Assembly (NCBI GenBank): GCA_965223155.1
Contig: CBDCVR010000014.1
Location: 1,088,001-1,152,000 of the forward strand
Source of the DNA: Candidatus Multivoradales bacterium
GTDB taxonomy: Bacteria; Acidobacteriota; Thermoanaerobaculia; Multivoradales; JAHEKO01
Length of the DNA stretch: 64,000 nt
Direction of reading: 5' to 3'
In this document: positions 9,862 to 19,655 of the stretch, piece by piece
Position numbering within the stretch: position 1 is the stretch's first letter
Layout of the letters: each line of letters begins with the position of its first letter
Translations under genes and position numbers: made by a program
Notes under the pieces: model-generated
The model's input: the letters and a program-made list of their open reading frames with translations, nothing else
Databases searched by the model: none
Told to the model about the DNA's origin: nothing

Positions 9862-11476
9862 AGGTAACCTTGTTGACCTCGCGCAGCGTAGTGACCCCTC
9901 GGTAGACCTCGGCCAGTGCCGACTCGCGCAGGAAGATCATGCCCTCTTCGCTCGCCGCGCGCTTGATTTCGGAGGCCGGGCGGCGATCCAGAATGAGCTC
10001 GCGGATGCGGTCCGACAGATTCAAGAGCTCCGAGATCGCGGTCCGGCCATGGAATCCAGTGCCGTCGCATTCGACACAGCCCGCTCCCTCGTAGAAGACC
10101 TTGCCGGCGACCGCCGCGGCGTCGATCGCGCTTTCCCGCAAGAGCTCGTCGGGCACCTCGACCGGCGCCTTGCAGTGGTCACAAATCTTGCGCACCAGGC
10201 GCTGGGCCAGAACGCAGTTGAGCGCCGAGACGAAATTGTAGAGATCCACCTTCATGTTGAGGAAGCGGCCCAGGACATCGACCACGTTGTTGGCGTGAAC
10301 CGTGGTGAAGACCAGATGCCCGGTCAGCGCCGATTGGACCGCGATCTGGGCGGTTTCCTGATCCCGGATCTCACCAACCATGATCTTGTCCGGATCGTGA
10401 CGCAGGATCGAACGCAGGCCCCGCGCGAAGGTCAGTCCCTTCTTCTCGTTGACTGGAATCTGGGTGATGCCCTTGAGCTGATACTCCACCGGATCCTCAA
10501 TCGTGATGATCTTGTCCTCGCTGCTCTGGATCTCGGACAGGCAGGCGTAGAGCGTCGTCGTCTTACCGGAACCGGTGGGACCGGTCACCAGCACCATGCC
10601 GTAGGGCTCCCGGATGAACTTGCGCAAGCTGGCCACGATCTGTTCGTCGAAACCCAGCACCGGCAGCCGGAGATTGCGGAACTCTTTGTTGATCGACTCC
10701 TTGTCCAGGATTCTGATGACGCAGTCCTCACCATGGACCGACGGCATGACGGAAACGCGAAAGTCGATGGTGCGGCCTTTGAACCGCAGTTTGAATCGGC
10801 CGTCCTGGGGGATCCTCTTCTCGGCGATGTCCAGCTCGGACATGACCTTGATCCGGCTGATGATGGTCTGATGGTGGCGCTTATCGATGGCATCCATCGC
10901 CTGGTAGAGCACGCCGTCGATCCGGTACTTGATGATGACCTCGCTCTCGCGGGTCTCGATGTGGATGTCGCTCGCGCGGCGCTGGATGGCGTTCAGGACG
11001 GTCGAGTCCACCAGCTTGATGATTGGACTCGAGTCGGAGGTGATCCGGTCGATCGACAGCACCTCGTCCTGCTCGCCGTCCTCCTGGACCAGCTGCAGCC
11101 GGAAATCCTCGGTCGCCTCGTCCAGGACGCGCTGGGCGCTCTCGGACTTGCGCAGCACCTCCTCGATGGCGGTGCGCGCGCCGACTTTGACGTCGATGGG
11201 GCTGCCCAGAAGCAGCTCGATCTCGTCGAGCCGGGTCACCTCGGTCGGATCCCCGACCACGATGGTGACGCGCTCGCCGTCGTGACGCTCCGGAATGAAG
11301 CCGTAGCGCAACATCAGATCGAACGGAATCGAGCGAAACAGATCGTTGTCGACCGTAAAGCGATCGCGCTCGACAAACTCCAAGCCGAAACGATCGGCCA
11401 TGGATCGAGCTTCTCGCTCCTCGCGCTCGAGCTCGGCGCTCGACGCGGCATCTTCGACAAAAACCGGCTCGGTCAC
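9851..11476 (-). CDS. GspE/PilB assembly ATPase
   Basis: Walker A GPTGSGKTTTLY, TIEDPVEY, LRHDPDKIMVGEIRD, tetra-Cys motif. Confidence 0.95.
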   Translation of the reverse strand: MTEPVFVEDAASSAELEREEREARSMADRFGLEFVERDRFTVDNDLFRSIPFDLMLRYGFIPERHDGERVTIVVGDPTEVTRLDEIELLLGSPIDVKVGARTAIEEVLRKSESAQRVLDEATEDFRLQLVQEDGEQDEVLSIDRITSDSSPIIKLVDSTVLNAIQRRASDIHIETRESEVIIKYRIDGVLYQAMDAIDKRHHQTIISRIKVMSELDIAEKRIPQDGRFKLRFKGRTIDFRVSVMPSVHGEDCVIRILDKESINKEFRNLRLPVLGFDEQIVASLRKFIREPYGMVLVTGPTGSGKTTTLYACLSEIQSSEDKIITIEDPVEYQLKGITQIPVNEKKGLTFARGLRSILRHDPDKIMVGEIRDQETAQIAVQSALTGHLVFTTVHANNVVDVLGRFLNMKVDLYNFVSALNCVLAQRLVRKICDHCKAPVEVPDELLRESAIDAAAVAGKVFYEGAGCVECDGTGFHGRTAISELLNLSDRIRELILDRRPASEIKRAASEEGMIFLRESALAEVYRGVTTLREVNKVTFVD

Positions 11477-11480
11477 GGCA

Positions 11481-12710
11481 TCACCTCGGCCCCACGTCGC
11501 TCAGCATACTGAAAAGTGGCAGGTACACGGCCACCAGCAAGGTGGCAACGATCAAACCCATGAGGACCAGCATGATCGGCTCGACCAGAACCAGCAGCCT
11601 GCTCATCTGGGTTTCGACCTCGTCGTCCAGAAAGTCGGAGGCGTTGTTGAGCATCTCGTCGAGGCTTCCGGTCTCCTCGCCCACCTTGGCCATCTCGACC
11701 ACGATGTCGGGGCATTCGCGGGTGGCTTCGAGGGCCGCGTATAGCGCGCCGCCTTCCCGAACCTTGGAGATCATCGGCTGCAAGACCGAGCGGATGTGGG
11801 CGTTGCTGACAGCGCCCACCGAGTTCTCGAGCGCTGGCAGCACCGGAATTCCGCCCGCGAGCAACGTCGCCAGCGAGCGGGCGAACTCGGACAGCGCCAG
11901 CTTGCGGAAGATTTGACCCAAGATCGGCCACCGGAGCTTGAGGCGATCCGTGAACCTCGAGCCCGCGGCCGTGGCCGACCAGCTACGAAAGACGAAGACC
12001 GAGAGCGCGATCGCCGAGGCGACCGCCCACCAGTAGCTGCTCATGAAGCGAGAGAACGCCAGGGTCATACGGGTCAAGAGCGGCAGGTCGGCGCGCAAGG
12101 CCGAGAAGAACTCGGTGAATTTGGGCACCACGTACACCGTCATCACCGCGATCAGGAACCCCGACAGGCCGATCAGGACCGCTGGATAGACCAGGGCCGA
12201 AACGACCTTGCGCCGCGCTTCGGTCACCAGCTGCATGTAGCGCACGAATCGCCGAATCACTCCTTCGAGCTCGCCGCTCCGCTCCCCCGCCTTGAGGGTC
12301 GGAGCGTAGAGCGGTGGCAACACGTCGCCATGTTTCTCGAAGGCGGTGGACAAGTCCGACCCGTCCCGAACCTCACGGTGGACGTCCTCCAGCATCTCGC
12401 GGAAGACCTGGTCCCGTTGGCGCTCGAGCATGAGGCCCAGCGCCTGGAGCACGGGCAGACCCGAGCGCAGCAAGGCGGCGAGCTCCTGGTTGAAGAGCAG
12501 AAGGTCCCGGTCCGGAATGCGGCGGCGGCGAGCGCCCAAGCCCGGTAAGGACAACCGGGAAAGAAGCGAAAGCCCCCCGCGCGGACGCATCTTGAGCACA
12601 TCGAAGCCGCGGCGTTCCAGTTCGAGGCGCAGGCTTGACTCCGAGCTGCCCTCGTGGACCTGTTGGATGACGGCGCCGTCCGCCGTCCCGAGCGTGCACA
12701 CGAACTGCAT
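11481..12710 (-). CDS. GspF/PilC inner-membrane platform protein
   Basis: AGERSGEL, SALVYP, VGEETGSLDEML, VEPIML. Confidence 0.95.
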   Translation of the reverse strand: MQFVCTLGTADGAVIQQVHEGSSESSLRLELERRGFDVLKMRPRGGLSLLSRLSLPGLGARRRRIPDRDLLLFNQELAALLRSGLPVLQALGLMLERQRDQVFREMLEDVHREVRDGSDLSTAFEKHGDVLPPLYAPTLKAGERSGELEGVIRRFVRYMQLVTEARRKVVSALVYPAVLIGLSGFLIAVMTVYVVPKFTEFFSALRADLPLLTRMTLAFSRFMSSYWWAVASAIALSVFVFRSWSATAAGSRFTDRLKLRWPILGQIFRKLALSEFARSLATLLAGGIPVLPALENSVGAVSNAHIRSVLQPMISKVREGGALYAALEATRECPDIVVEMAKVGEETGSLDEMLNNASDFLDDEVETQMSRLLVLVEPIMLVLMGLIVATLLVAVYLPLFSMLSDVGPR

Positions 12711-12712
12711 GG

Positions 12713-13489
12713 CTACTCGGCGTCCGCGGTCAGCGTCGCTTCCCGCACCCCTTCGATCACGACCATCAGCGCCTGGCCGCTGGCCTCGGTGCGGGCTAGC
12801 CCGAGCACCATCGGTCGGGTGGTGTCGAGGCTGAGATTGGTATGAATGAGCGCTTCGAGCTCTCCATCTCGCACCCGCGAGAGCCGGAAGCTCTCGAGCA
12901 CGGCGCGATCATCGACGGTGACTTCTTTCAATCGAAAATCCACCGCGAAGTCGTCGCCAACATCCTGGCGCGCCTTCATCCCCTCGACAATCTGAAACTC
13001 GGAACGGGCAATGAGCGAGTAGCTCTCGTAGCGCAGAAGCTGCTTGAGTCGAGCCAACACCGGGGCCGGCAAGTCGGGCCGGCCCGCGCCCTCGACCGGC
13101 GCGCCCGCCCGTACGATCTGAACCCGGATTCGAAGCGAAGCCGCGGGATGGTCGAAGGCGCGCAGGCGCGGCCGAACCCGGCCCAAAACGTCGGCGGTGT
13201 CCCGGACGACGAGGGCGTTGCCGCCGGGCTGGATCTCGACCGTCCCCAGGCTCGAAAGCAGCGGCAGGACGAGTCCGAGAGCCGCCTGGGCATCGCGATG
13301 CTCCAGGTTGTAGGCGTAGAGCTCGAGCGCCTCCGCCGAACCGGAGCCGGAGGCTTCCTCGTCACCGGCGCCTCCTTGCTGGCCGGCGAGCGGCAGACCG
13401 AGGCACGAGATGAGCGCCAACGCTAGCAGGGACTTCCGGACCCCGGACCCGGCGCGGCGAGGCGGCAGGCTAGAGATCCAGGTCTTCAT
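12713..13489 (-). CDS. Exported protein with a secretin N-domain (NolW-like) repeat
   Basis: Signal-like segment; YNLEHRDA...LLSSLGTV...NALVVRD...DHP matches the secretin_N pattern; no secretin core. Confidence 0.6.
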   Translation of the reverse strand: MKTWISSLPPRRAGSGVRKSLLALALISCLGLPLAGQQGGAGDEEASGSGSAEALELYAYNLEHRDAQAALGLVLPLLSSLGTVEIQPGGNALVVRDTADVLGRVRPRLRAFDHPAASLRIRVQIVRAGAPVEGAGRPDLPAPVLARLKQLLRYESYSLIARSEFQIVEGMKARQDVGDDFAVDFRLKEVTVDDRAVLESFRLSRVRDGELEALIHTNLSLDTTRPMVLGLARTEASGQALMVVIEGVREATLTADAE

Positions 13490-14063
13490 TTACGAACAAG
13501 ACGAAAACGAAATCCGATTGGGCGAGGTCGTAGATCCGGCCGCGGCTGGGAGGCAGGAGCTCCAGCGAGGGTGGCAAGGCGGCCTCGCCGGCGATGTCCG
13601 CCAAGGTCCCCGAAGGCGCGGCCATGACCCGCGGTCCCTGTCCGGCGGCCTGGGCCGGCTGGAGCGCTCCGGGGCCGGGCGCTAGCTGGCTCTGCCCGAG
13701 CCAGGCAACTCCGGCGAGCAGCACCAGAGCCGCGGCTGCCGCCCAGGCGGCGCCCCGCCCGGACCCACGAACCGCGGCGCCCCGGCCGCGCTCTCCGAAT
13801 CCGGAGGCTCGGTGGGTCGATGGACCGGCACCGGCCAAACGCCGGCCGGCCTCGATCCGGTCGACGAGGCAGGCGACCTCGGCGTCGGAAAACTCCTCGG
13901 CTACACCGTCCGCCAGGGCCCAGGTCGGCTCAAGGAGATAGGCCTTCGAGCGGCAGGTCTCGCAGCTCGCCAAGTGGTCGAGCGCCTGGAGGCGCTCGGC
14001 CGAACCCTCGCGCAGAAGGGCTTCGCCCGAGTCGGCCAGCCGGTGCCATGCGGCGCAGGTCAT
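13470..14063 (-). CDS. Putative zinc-binding anti-sigma factor
   Basis: HLASCETC (HxxxCxxC) ZAS motif, single TM, directly after ECF sigma. Confidence 0.7.
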   Translation of the reverse strand: MTCAAWHRLADSGEALLREGSAERLQALDHLASCETCRSKAYLLEPTWALADGVAEEFSDAEVACLVDRIEAGRRLAGAGPSTHRASGFGERGRGAAVRGSGRGAAWAAAAALVLLAGVAWLGQSQLAPGPGALQPAQAAGQGPRVMAAPSGTLADIAGEAALPPSLELLPPSRGRIYDLAQSDFVFVLFVNEDLDL

Positions 14064-14830
14064 GTGGAGGCTCCCGGAGATCCCCCGGAGTCCTCAGAGC
14101 CAGCAGAGCCAGCAGAGCCAGCAGAGCCAGGGCCCGCCGCTCGCTCGGAGGCCGCGGTGCGCGCTGCCCGCGACAACGCCGCGTACTCCGGGAAGCGTGT
14201 CTCGAGCTCGCCCCGGAGCTTGCGCCGGGCGGCGAACAGGTGGTTGCGCACCGTCGACTCCCGGCAGCCGAGCGCCCGCGCGACCTCTTTCGACGACAGC
14301 CCCACGACCTCGCGCAGCCAAAAGGCCTTGCGCTGACGCAGGCTGAGACCGGTGGCGAGGTCGCGCAGGATCGCTTCCACCTCGCGGCCCAAAAGCGACT
14401 GCAACCCGGGATCCGGGCGCGAGTGCAGGCTGCGCAGATGATTGCGCACCGGCTCGGTCTTCTGGCGCCGGGTGTCCTTGGCCCGCAGGAAGTCGATCGC
14501 CAGGTTGGTGGTGATCCGGTAGAGCCAGGTGTTGGCGCTCCAGCGCTCGTCGAACTTGTGACGATGCTCCCAGGCCCTTACCAGAGTCATCTGCACCAGA
14601 TCCTTGGCCTCTTCGCGGTCGCCCGTCATGCGGAAGGCGACTTGGAGCAAGGGACGGGTCTTGCGTTCGACCAGCTCGGAATAGGCTTCGGTGTCCCCAG
14701 CCCGAACGGCCAGCAGGAGCTCGGTGTCGGTACGTTCGCCGACCTCTCGCCCGGAGTGATCCCGCCGGCCCCGCCGGGCGCCCCGGGCGGGCTGCGAGCT
14801 GGAATCGGAGGAATCGACGAGATAGGCCAT
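14060..14830 (-). CDS. ECF RNA polymerase sigma-70 factor
   Basis: EAKDLVQ, WLYRITTNLAIDFLR (region 2); LSSKEVARALGCRESTVRNHLFAARRKLR (region 4). Confidence 0.92.
   Translation of the reverse strand: MAYLVDSSDSSSQPARGARRGRRDHSGREVGERTDTELLLAVRAGDTEAYSELVERKTRPLLQVAFRMTGDREEAKDLVQMTLVRAWEHRHKFDERWSANTWLYRITTNLAIDFLRAKDTRRQKTEPVRNHLRSLHSRPDPGLQSLLGREVEAILRDLATGLSLRQRKAFWLREVVGLSSKEVARALGCRESTVRNHLFAARRKLRGELETRFPEYAALSRAARTAASERAAGPGSAGSAGSAGSEDSGGSPGAST
14095..14130. repeat. 9-bp perfect tandem repeat (CAGAGCCAG)x4 in sigma factor C-terminal tail
   Basis: Read directly; encodes GSAGSAGSAGS. Confidence 0.9.
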
Positions 14831-15009
14831 CGCTCTGGGTTTGTACGAGCCCGGACATCGGATCGTCTAGGCGGATCCTTGCGCCGGGCGCTCGCCGCGC
14901 CTCCAGGTTCCGCGCCCCTTGGCTGGTTAGGAACCGGACTCCCGAAACCACGACGAGACAAGGAATTATACTGTCGGGCCACGCCCGCAGCCGGCCGGCG
15001 CCGAGTCCC

Positions 15010-16269
15010 ATGTGGCTTCTCTACCAGCTCGCCTACGCCCTGCTCCTGGCCCTCGTCGGACCCATTCTCTGGCTGACGCGCCGCCGACACTACCGGGAGA
15101 GCCTGCCCGCTCGGCTCGGCCGCCAGGAGGCAGGGCGAACGGCGGACCTCTGGATCCACGCGGTCTCGGTCGGCGAGGTCTCGGTGGCGGCGACCCTGGT
15201 ACCGCTTCTGGCCGATCCGAGCTCGCTGGTGGTGACCACGGTCACGCCCACCGGCCAGGCCCGCGCCCGGGCCGCCTTCCCCGAGGCGGCCACCACCTAC
15301 CTGCCATTGGAGCTTGGCTTCGCCATCCGCCGGTTCCTGAATGCCTTTCGCCCGCGGGCCCTGGTGCTGTCCGAAGGCGACTACTGGCCCCACCTTCTCT
15401 TCCAGGTCCGCCGGCGGTCTCTCCCGGTGGTGGTGGTCAACGGGCGAGTCAGCGGGCGAAGCTTCGCCCGCATGCTCCGCGTACGCCCGTTCCTGGGCGC
15501 TCTCTTCGATCCGATCTCAGCCTTCGGCGTGCAGACCGAGGTGGATCGAGACCGCTTGATCCGCCTGGGAGTGGATCCCAAGCGGATCGCGGTTACCGGC
15601 AACCTCAAGTTCGAGTTTTCCGAGCCGCCGGAGAGCACGGACGCCAGCGCCCTCATTCGCGACCTTGCGCAAGGCCGCAAGGTGATTCTGGCGGGCTCCA
15701 CGATGCCAGCCGAGGAGGCCAAGCTGCTGAGCGCGTTCGACGGCCTCGACGCCGGCCGCGTCCTCCTGGTCGTGGCGCCACGACATCCCGAACGCTGGGA
15801 TCGCGTCGCCGCGCGGCTAGAGCGATCGGGGCGCCACGTGGCGCGCCGAAGTCGGCTCCCCGCAAGGCCGTCCGGGGTCGAGCACCGAATCGACGTCCTA
15901 CTGCTCGACAGCATGGGCGAGCTCGCCGGCCTCTACCGTTTGGCCGACATCGCCTTCATCGGTGGCACCCTGGTACCCACCGGGGGACACAATCCGCTCG
16001 AGGCCGCGCGCTTCGGCGTGCCCGTGACGGTAGGGCCGAGCATGGAGAACTTCCACGAGATCGCCGAGGCGTTCGAAGAGGCGCGCGCCTGGCGGCAGGT
16101 CGCCGACGAGACAGAGCTCGGCGCCGTCTGGAGCGAATGGGTCGACACGCCGGCTAAGGCGCGCGCGACGGGCGAGCGGGGACTCGCGGTCTTTACTTCC
16201 AAGCGGGGTGCGCTCGAGCGCACCCGGGAGCTTCTGCGGCGCCATCTCCCGAAGGACCTTCTGGCATGA
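15010..16269 (+). CDS. waaA: Kdo transferase
   Basis: WIHAVSVGE, TTVTPTG, TGNLKF, APRHPER, GGHNPLEAA. Confidence 0.95.
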   Translation: MWLLYQLAYALLLALVGPILWLTRRRHYRESLPARLGRQEAGRTADLWIHAVSVGEVSVAATLVPLLADPSSLVVTTVTPTGQARARAAFPEAATTYLPLELGFAIRRFLNAFRPRALVLSEGDYWPHLLFQVRRRSLPVVVVNGRVSGRSFARMLRVRPFLGALFDPISAFGVQTEVDRDRLIRLGVDPKRIAVTGNLKFEFSEPPESTDASALIRDLAQGRKVILAGSTMPAEEAKLLSAFDGLDAGRVLLVVAPRHPERWDRVAARLERSGRHVARRSRLPARPSGVEHRIDVLLLDSMGELAGLYRLADIAFIGGTLVPTGGHNPLEAARFGVPVTVGPSMENFHEIAEAFEEARAWRQVADETELGAVWSEWVDTPAKARATGERGLAVFTSKRGALERTRELLRRHLPKDLLA

Positions 16270-17333
16270 GAAGGACCTCCGACTCGGCCGTCCTACCCGG
16301 CCTCCCGGCACCCTCGCGCTCGCCGTGGCAACTTCTCTACGCCGCCGCCCATCGCGTCAGGCGCCGGCGTGGGACAGCCACCGCCGCTCGCCTGCCCCGG
16401 CCGGTGCTGAGTGTCGGTAACCTGCACTGGGGCGGCACCGGCAAGACACCGATCGTGGCCGCCGTGACCCGGCACCTTTTGGAGCGCGGGCTGCGTCCGG
16501 CAATCCTCTCGCGCGGCTACGGGCGCGAGGGCAGCCAGGTGCGGATCGTCAGCACCGGCGAGGGCCCGCTCTTGGGACCGAGCCTCGCGGGCGACGAGCC
16601 GGTTGCCCTAGCCGCGGAGCTGCCGGGAGCGGCGGTCGTCGTCGCCGCCGAGCGCTACCTGGCGGGTCTGCACGCGCTCGAGCGCCTAAGTCCCGACCCC
16701 GACTGCTTCGTCCTGGACGACGGCTTCTCCCATCTGGCTCTGGCCCGCGATCTGGACCTGGTGGTCGTACCCTCGGCCGACCCCTGGGGTGGCGGCCGGC
16801 TGGCGCCGAGCGGGCGGCTGCGTGAGCCGTTGGCGGCGATTCGCCACGCGTCGGCCGTGCTGGTTTCGAACGCGGAGCCGCCGGCCGGTCGCGAGGCCGC
16901 CGAGCGCCTGCGCGAGCTGGGCTTCGACGGACCGGGCTTTTCCTGTCCAATCGAGATCCTGCCGCCCAGGACCGAACGCGAGGAGGCGCTCATGGATGGC
17001 GAGCCGGTCTTTCTGGTCTCGGGCATCGCACGGGCCTCGCGCTTCCGGGAGACCTGCGCCAAGCTGCCGCTAGCCGTGCAGGGCTTTCTCGAATTCCGCG
17101 ACCATCACCGGTATGGTCGAGGCGATCTCGAGCGCATCGACCGCGCCGCCGCCGAATCAGGCGCGCGCTTCGTCCTGACGACGACCAAGGACTTCGTCAA
17201 GCTCCTGGGCCGGCTCGAAACACCGCTCGCCCAGCTACCGGTGCGAGCCATCCCCGAGGACGGTCTCTGGAGCTGGCTGGATGCCGAGCTCGACGATTGC
17301 ATCGAGCGGCTCTCGGGGACCGGCTCCGAATGA
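16266..17333 (+). CDS. lpxK: Tetraacyldisaccharide 4'-kinase
   Basis: SVGNLHWGGTGKTP, SRGYG, GDEP, LDDGFSH, F.DHH.Y, TTTKDFVK. Confidence 0.95.
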   Translation: MRRTSDSAVLPGLPAPSRSPWQLLYAAAHRVRRRRGTATAARLPRPVLSVGNLHWGGTGKTPIVAAVTRHLLERGLRPAILSRGYGREGSQVRIVSTGEGPLLGPSLAGDEPVALAAELPGAAVVVAAERYLAGLHALERLSPDPDCFVLDDGFSHLALARDLDLVVVPSADPWGGGRLAPSGRLREPLAAIRHASAVLVSNAEPPAGREAAERLRELGFDGPGFSCPIEILPPRTEREEALMDGEPVFLVSGIARASRFRETCAKLPLAVQGFLEFRDHHRYGRGDLERIDRAAAESGARFVLTTTKDFVKLLGRLETPLAQLPVRAIPEDGLWSWLDAELDDCIERLSGTGSE

Positions 17334-18166
17334 GGTCTCCCCAGATCTTTCCAGCGGCCGTCGGCGGCCTCCTCGGGCGCCTTGGGTACCACGCACTGCC
17401 CGACCGGCGACGAATCTGCGTTCGCAATCTGAGCCTGGTTCTGCCCGAGGCTCCGGGCGCCGAGCTGGCTCAACGCGCCAAACGCGCCTTCCGCAACGCC
17501 GGCGCGTCGCTTCTCGAATCCATGACTCTGCCCCGGCTGAGCCGGAGGCGCATCTGCCGGCTCGTGACCTTCGAAGGTTGGGAGAACTTCGCCGCGGCCG
17601 AAGCCCTCGGGCGCGGGGTCATCGTTTCGAGCGCGCACCTTGGACTCTATGAGGGCCTGGCTGCGATCATCGCGCTCTTTCGGGGACCGACTCACTTCGT
17701 CGCCCGCCCGCTGCCCCTCCCGGCCCTTGATCGGTACGCGCGCCGGCTGCGGGAGCGCTTTGGCAACCGCACCATCGACAAACACACCGCCGCTCGCGGC
17801 ATGCTTCGAACGCTTGAGGAACGGGGTCGGATCTCGATTCTGATCGACCAGCGCGTCCATCCGAACCAGGGCGTCGAGGTGCCGTTCTTCGGCATGCCGT
17901 CCTGGACCAGCCCGTTGCCGGCGCAGATCTCGCTTCGCACCGGCGCCCCTGTCCTGCCCCTGTACATGATTCGGCGGCCCGGCGGACGCTACCGGGTCAC
18001 AGCCCGCGATCCCATCGTGCCCCGATCCCCGGGCCAGCCGTCGGGAGGGAGCAACGAGAGGGCAATCCTCGAGCTGACCGCCGCCTACACCGCCGCCACC
18101 GAAGCCGCCATCCGCGCCGACCTCGAGCAATGGGTCTGGATGCACGACCGTTGGAGACGTCACTGA
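17330..18166 (+). CDS. Lipid A acyltransferase (LpxL/HtrB family)
   Basis: SAHLGLYE (H-x4-E), LIDQ, VPFFG, QWVWMHDRW. Confidence 0.9.
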   Translation: MRSPQIFPAAVGGLLGRLGYHALPDRRRICVRNLSLVLPEAPGAELAQRAKRAFRNAGASLLESMTLPRLSRRRICRLVTFEGWENFAAAEALGRGVIVSSAHLGLYEGLAAIIALFRGPTHFVARPLPLPALDRYARRLRERFGNRTIDKHTAARGMLRTLEERGRISILIDQRVHPNQGVEVPFFGMPSWTSPLPAQISLRTGAPVLPLYMIRRPGGRYRVTARDPIVPRSPGQPSGGSNERAILELTAAYTAATEAAIRADLEQWVWMHDRWRRH

Positions 18167-19167
18167 GTCCTCGCCACACCCTTCTCGTGCTGCCCAATTG
18201 GGTCGGGGACACCGTCATGGCGCTACCCGTGGCCGAGGCGTTGGCCGCCTCGGGCCGGCGCCTGACGGCTCTGGCGCGGCCCCATCTCGAGTCGCTACTC
18301 GGCCTGGTTCCCGCGATCGGCGACGTCTTAGTCCGGAGCCACTCGAACCCGGAGACGATCGCCGCGATCCGCGGCCGGGGCTTTGACGAAGCGGTCGTCT
18401 TGCCCAACTCGTTCCGTAGCGCCTGGCTCGTCTTCCGAGCCGGCGTGCCGGTGCGCTGGGGGTACCGGGGGGATCTCAGAGGCGCTCTGCTCCACCCGAG
18501 CGTGGTGCGGCCGCCCGGGAGCCGCCACCAGATCACCGACTACGACGCCCTCCTGGCCGAGCTCGGAGCGGAACCGGTACGACCGCTGCCGCGAATCACG
18601 TTGCCAGCGGAACGGGCCGAGCAGGCAGCTTCGCACCTCCGCGACTCAGGGATTCGCCCGGACCCTCCGTCGGCCGTCGGCGTCTTCCCGGGGGCCGAGT
18701 TCGGACCCAGCAAGCGCTGGCCGCCGTCGCGCTTCGCCACCTTGATCCGGCACTTGCGCGACCGCGGGCTTCAACCAGTGGTCATCGCCGGACCGGCCGA
18801 ACGGCCCCTGGCGCGCGAAGTCGCCGGAGCCGACGGCGCCGTTCCCATCGTGGGTCCCGGCCTGGATCTGGCCGAGCTAGCGGCCGTGCTCGGCCGCCTG
18901 CGTTTCCTCATAACCAACGACTCGGGTCCGATGCACCTGGCCGCGGCCATGGGCGTGCCCTGTATCGCCCTTTTCGGTCCTACCGATCCGGCCCGAACGG
19001 CTCCGGCGGGCGCCGGGCACCACGTGCTCTCCCGCGGGCGCTGGTGCGCGCCCTGTTTCAGGAAGCGCTGCCCGCTGTTGCACCAACGCTGCCTCAAGGA
19101 AATCACGGTCGAAGACGTCGCCAACGCCGTCGATCGCGCTCTCGCCAGCTCTCAGCCGATCTCGTAG
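18130..19167 (+). CDS. waaF: LPS heptosyltransferase II (GT9); exact start uncertain
   Basis: PNWVGDTVM, PGAEFGPSKRWP, NDSGPMHLAAA, FGPTDP. Confidence 0.92.
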   Translation: MGLDARPLETSLSPRHTLLVLPNWVGDTVMALPVAEALAASGRRLTALARPHLESLLGLVPAIGDVLVRSHSNPETIAAIRGRGFDEAVVLPNSFRSAWLVFRAGVPVRWGYRGDLRGALLHPSVVRPPGSRHQITDYDALLAELGAEPVRPLPRITLPAERAEQAASHLRDSGIRPDPPSAVGVFPGAEFGPSKRWPPSRFATLIRHLRDRGLQPVVIAGPAERPLAREVAGADGAVPIVGPGLDLAELAAVLGRLRFLITNDSGPMHLAAAMGVPCIALFGPTDPARTAPAGAGHHVLSRGRWCAPCFRKRCPLLHQRCLKEITVEDVANAVDRALASSQPIS

Positions 19168-19655
19168 AGACGATCGCCGGCCTCGACCGCGATCCCGGCC
19201 TCGACGAAGACCCCGCGCACGGTTCCGGCCCGCTCGGCCTGGATCTCGTTTTCCATCTTCATCGCCTCCAGGATCAAGACGCCTTGCCCGACTTCGACCG
19301 TCTCACCCGCGGCGACCAGGACCTCCACGACCTTGCCCGGCATGTAGGCGGTCACCACGGCGCTCTCGTCGCCGGCAACGCCCGCGTGGGTCTGGAGCGC
19401 GAGATGAGCCAGCGGATCCAGGACTTCGATCTCCTCGCTGCCGAAAGCGCCCGAGACCCGGTACCGGTCCCCGCCCAGGTGGCGAACCGCGACCTCGACA
19501 TGACGCCCCTTCCAGATCAGGCTGCGTCCCGACTCCGACACCTCGCGCACGTCAACCTCGACGATTCGACCGTCGATCTCGAGCCGGGCCCGGTGGCCGT
19601 CGCGCTCGACCCGGACCACCCGATCCCGCCCGCTCTGGCGCGCGATCAACTCCAC
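19152..19655 (-). CDS. Biotin carboxyl carrier protein
   Basis: MPGKVV, EAMKMENE biotinyl-Lys motif. Confidence 0.92.
   Translation of the reverse strand: MELIARQSGRDRVVRVERDGHRARLEIDGRIVEVDVREVSESGRSLIWKGRHVEVAVRHLGGDRYRVSGAFGSEEIEVLDPLAHLALQTHAGVAGDESAVVTAYMPGKVVEVLVAAGETVEVGQGVLILEAMKMENEIQAERAGTVRGVFVEAGIAVEAGDRLYEIG

Noticed and set aside
9347-11512. 721-aa plus-strand ORF
   Set aside because: Antisense shadow of pilB/gspE caused by high-GC codon bias; no motifs
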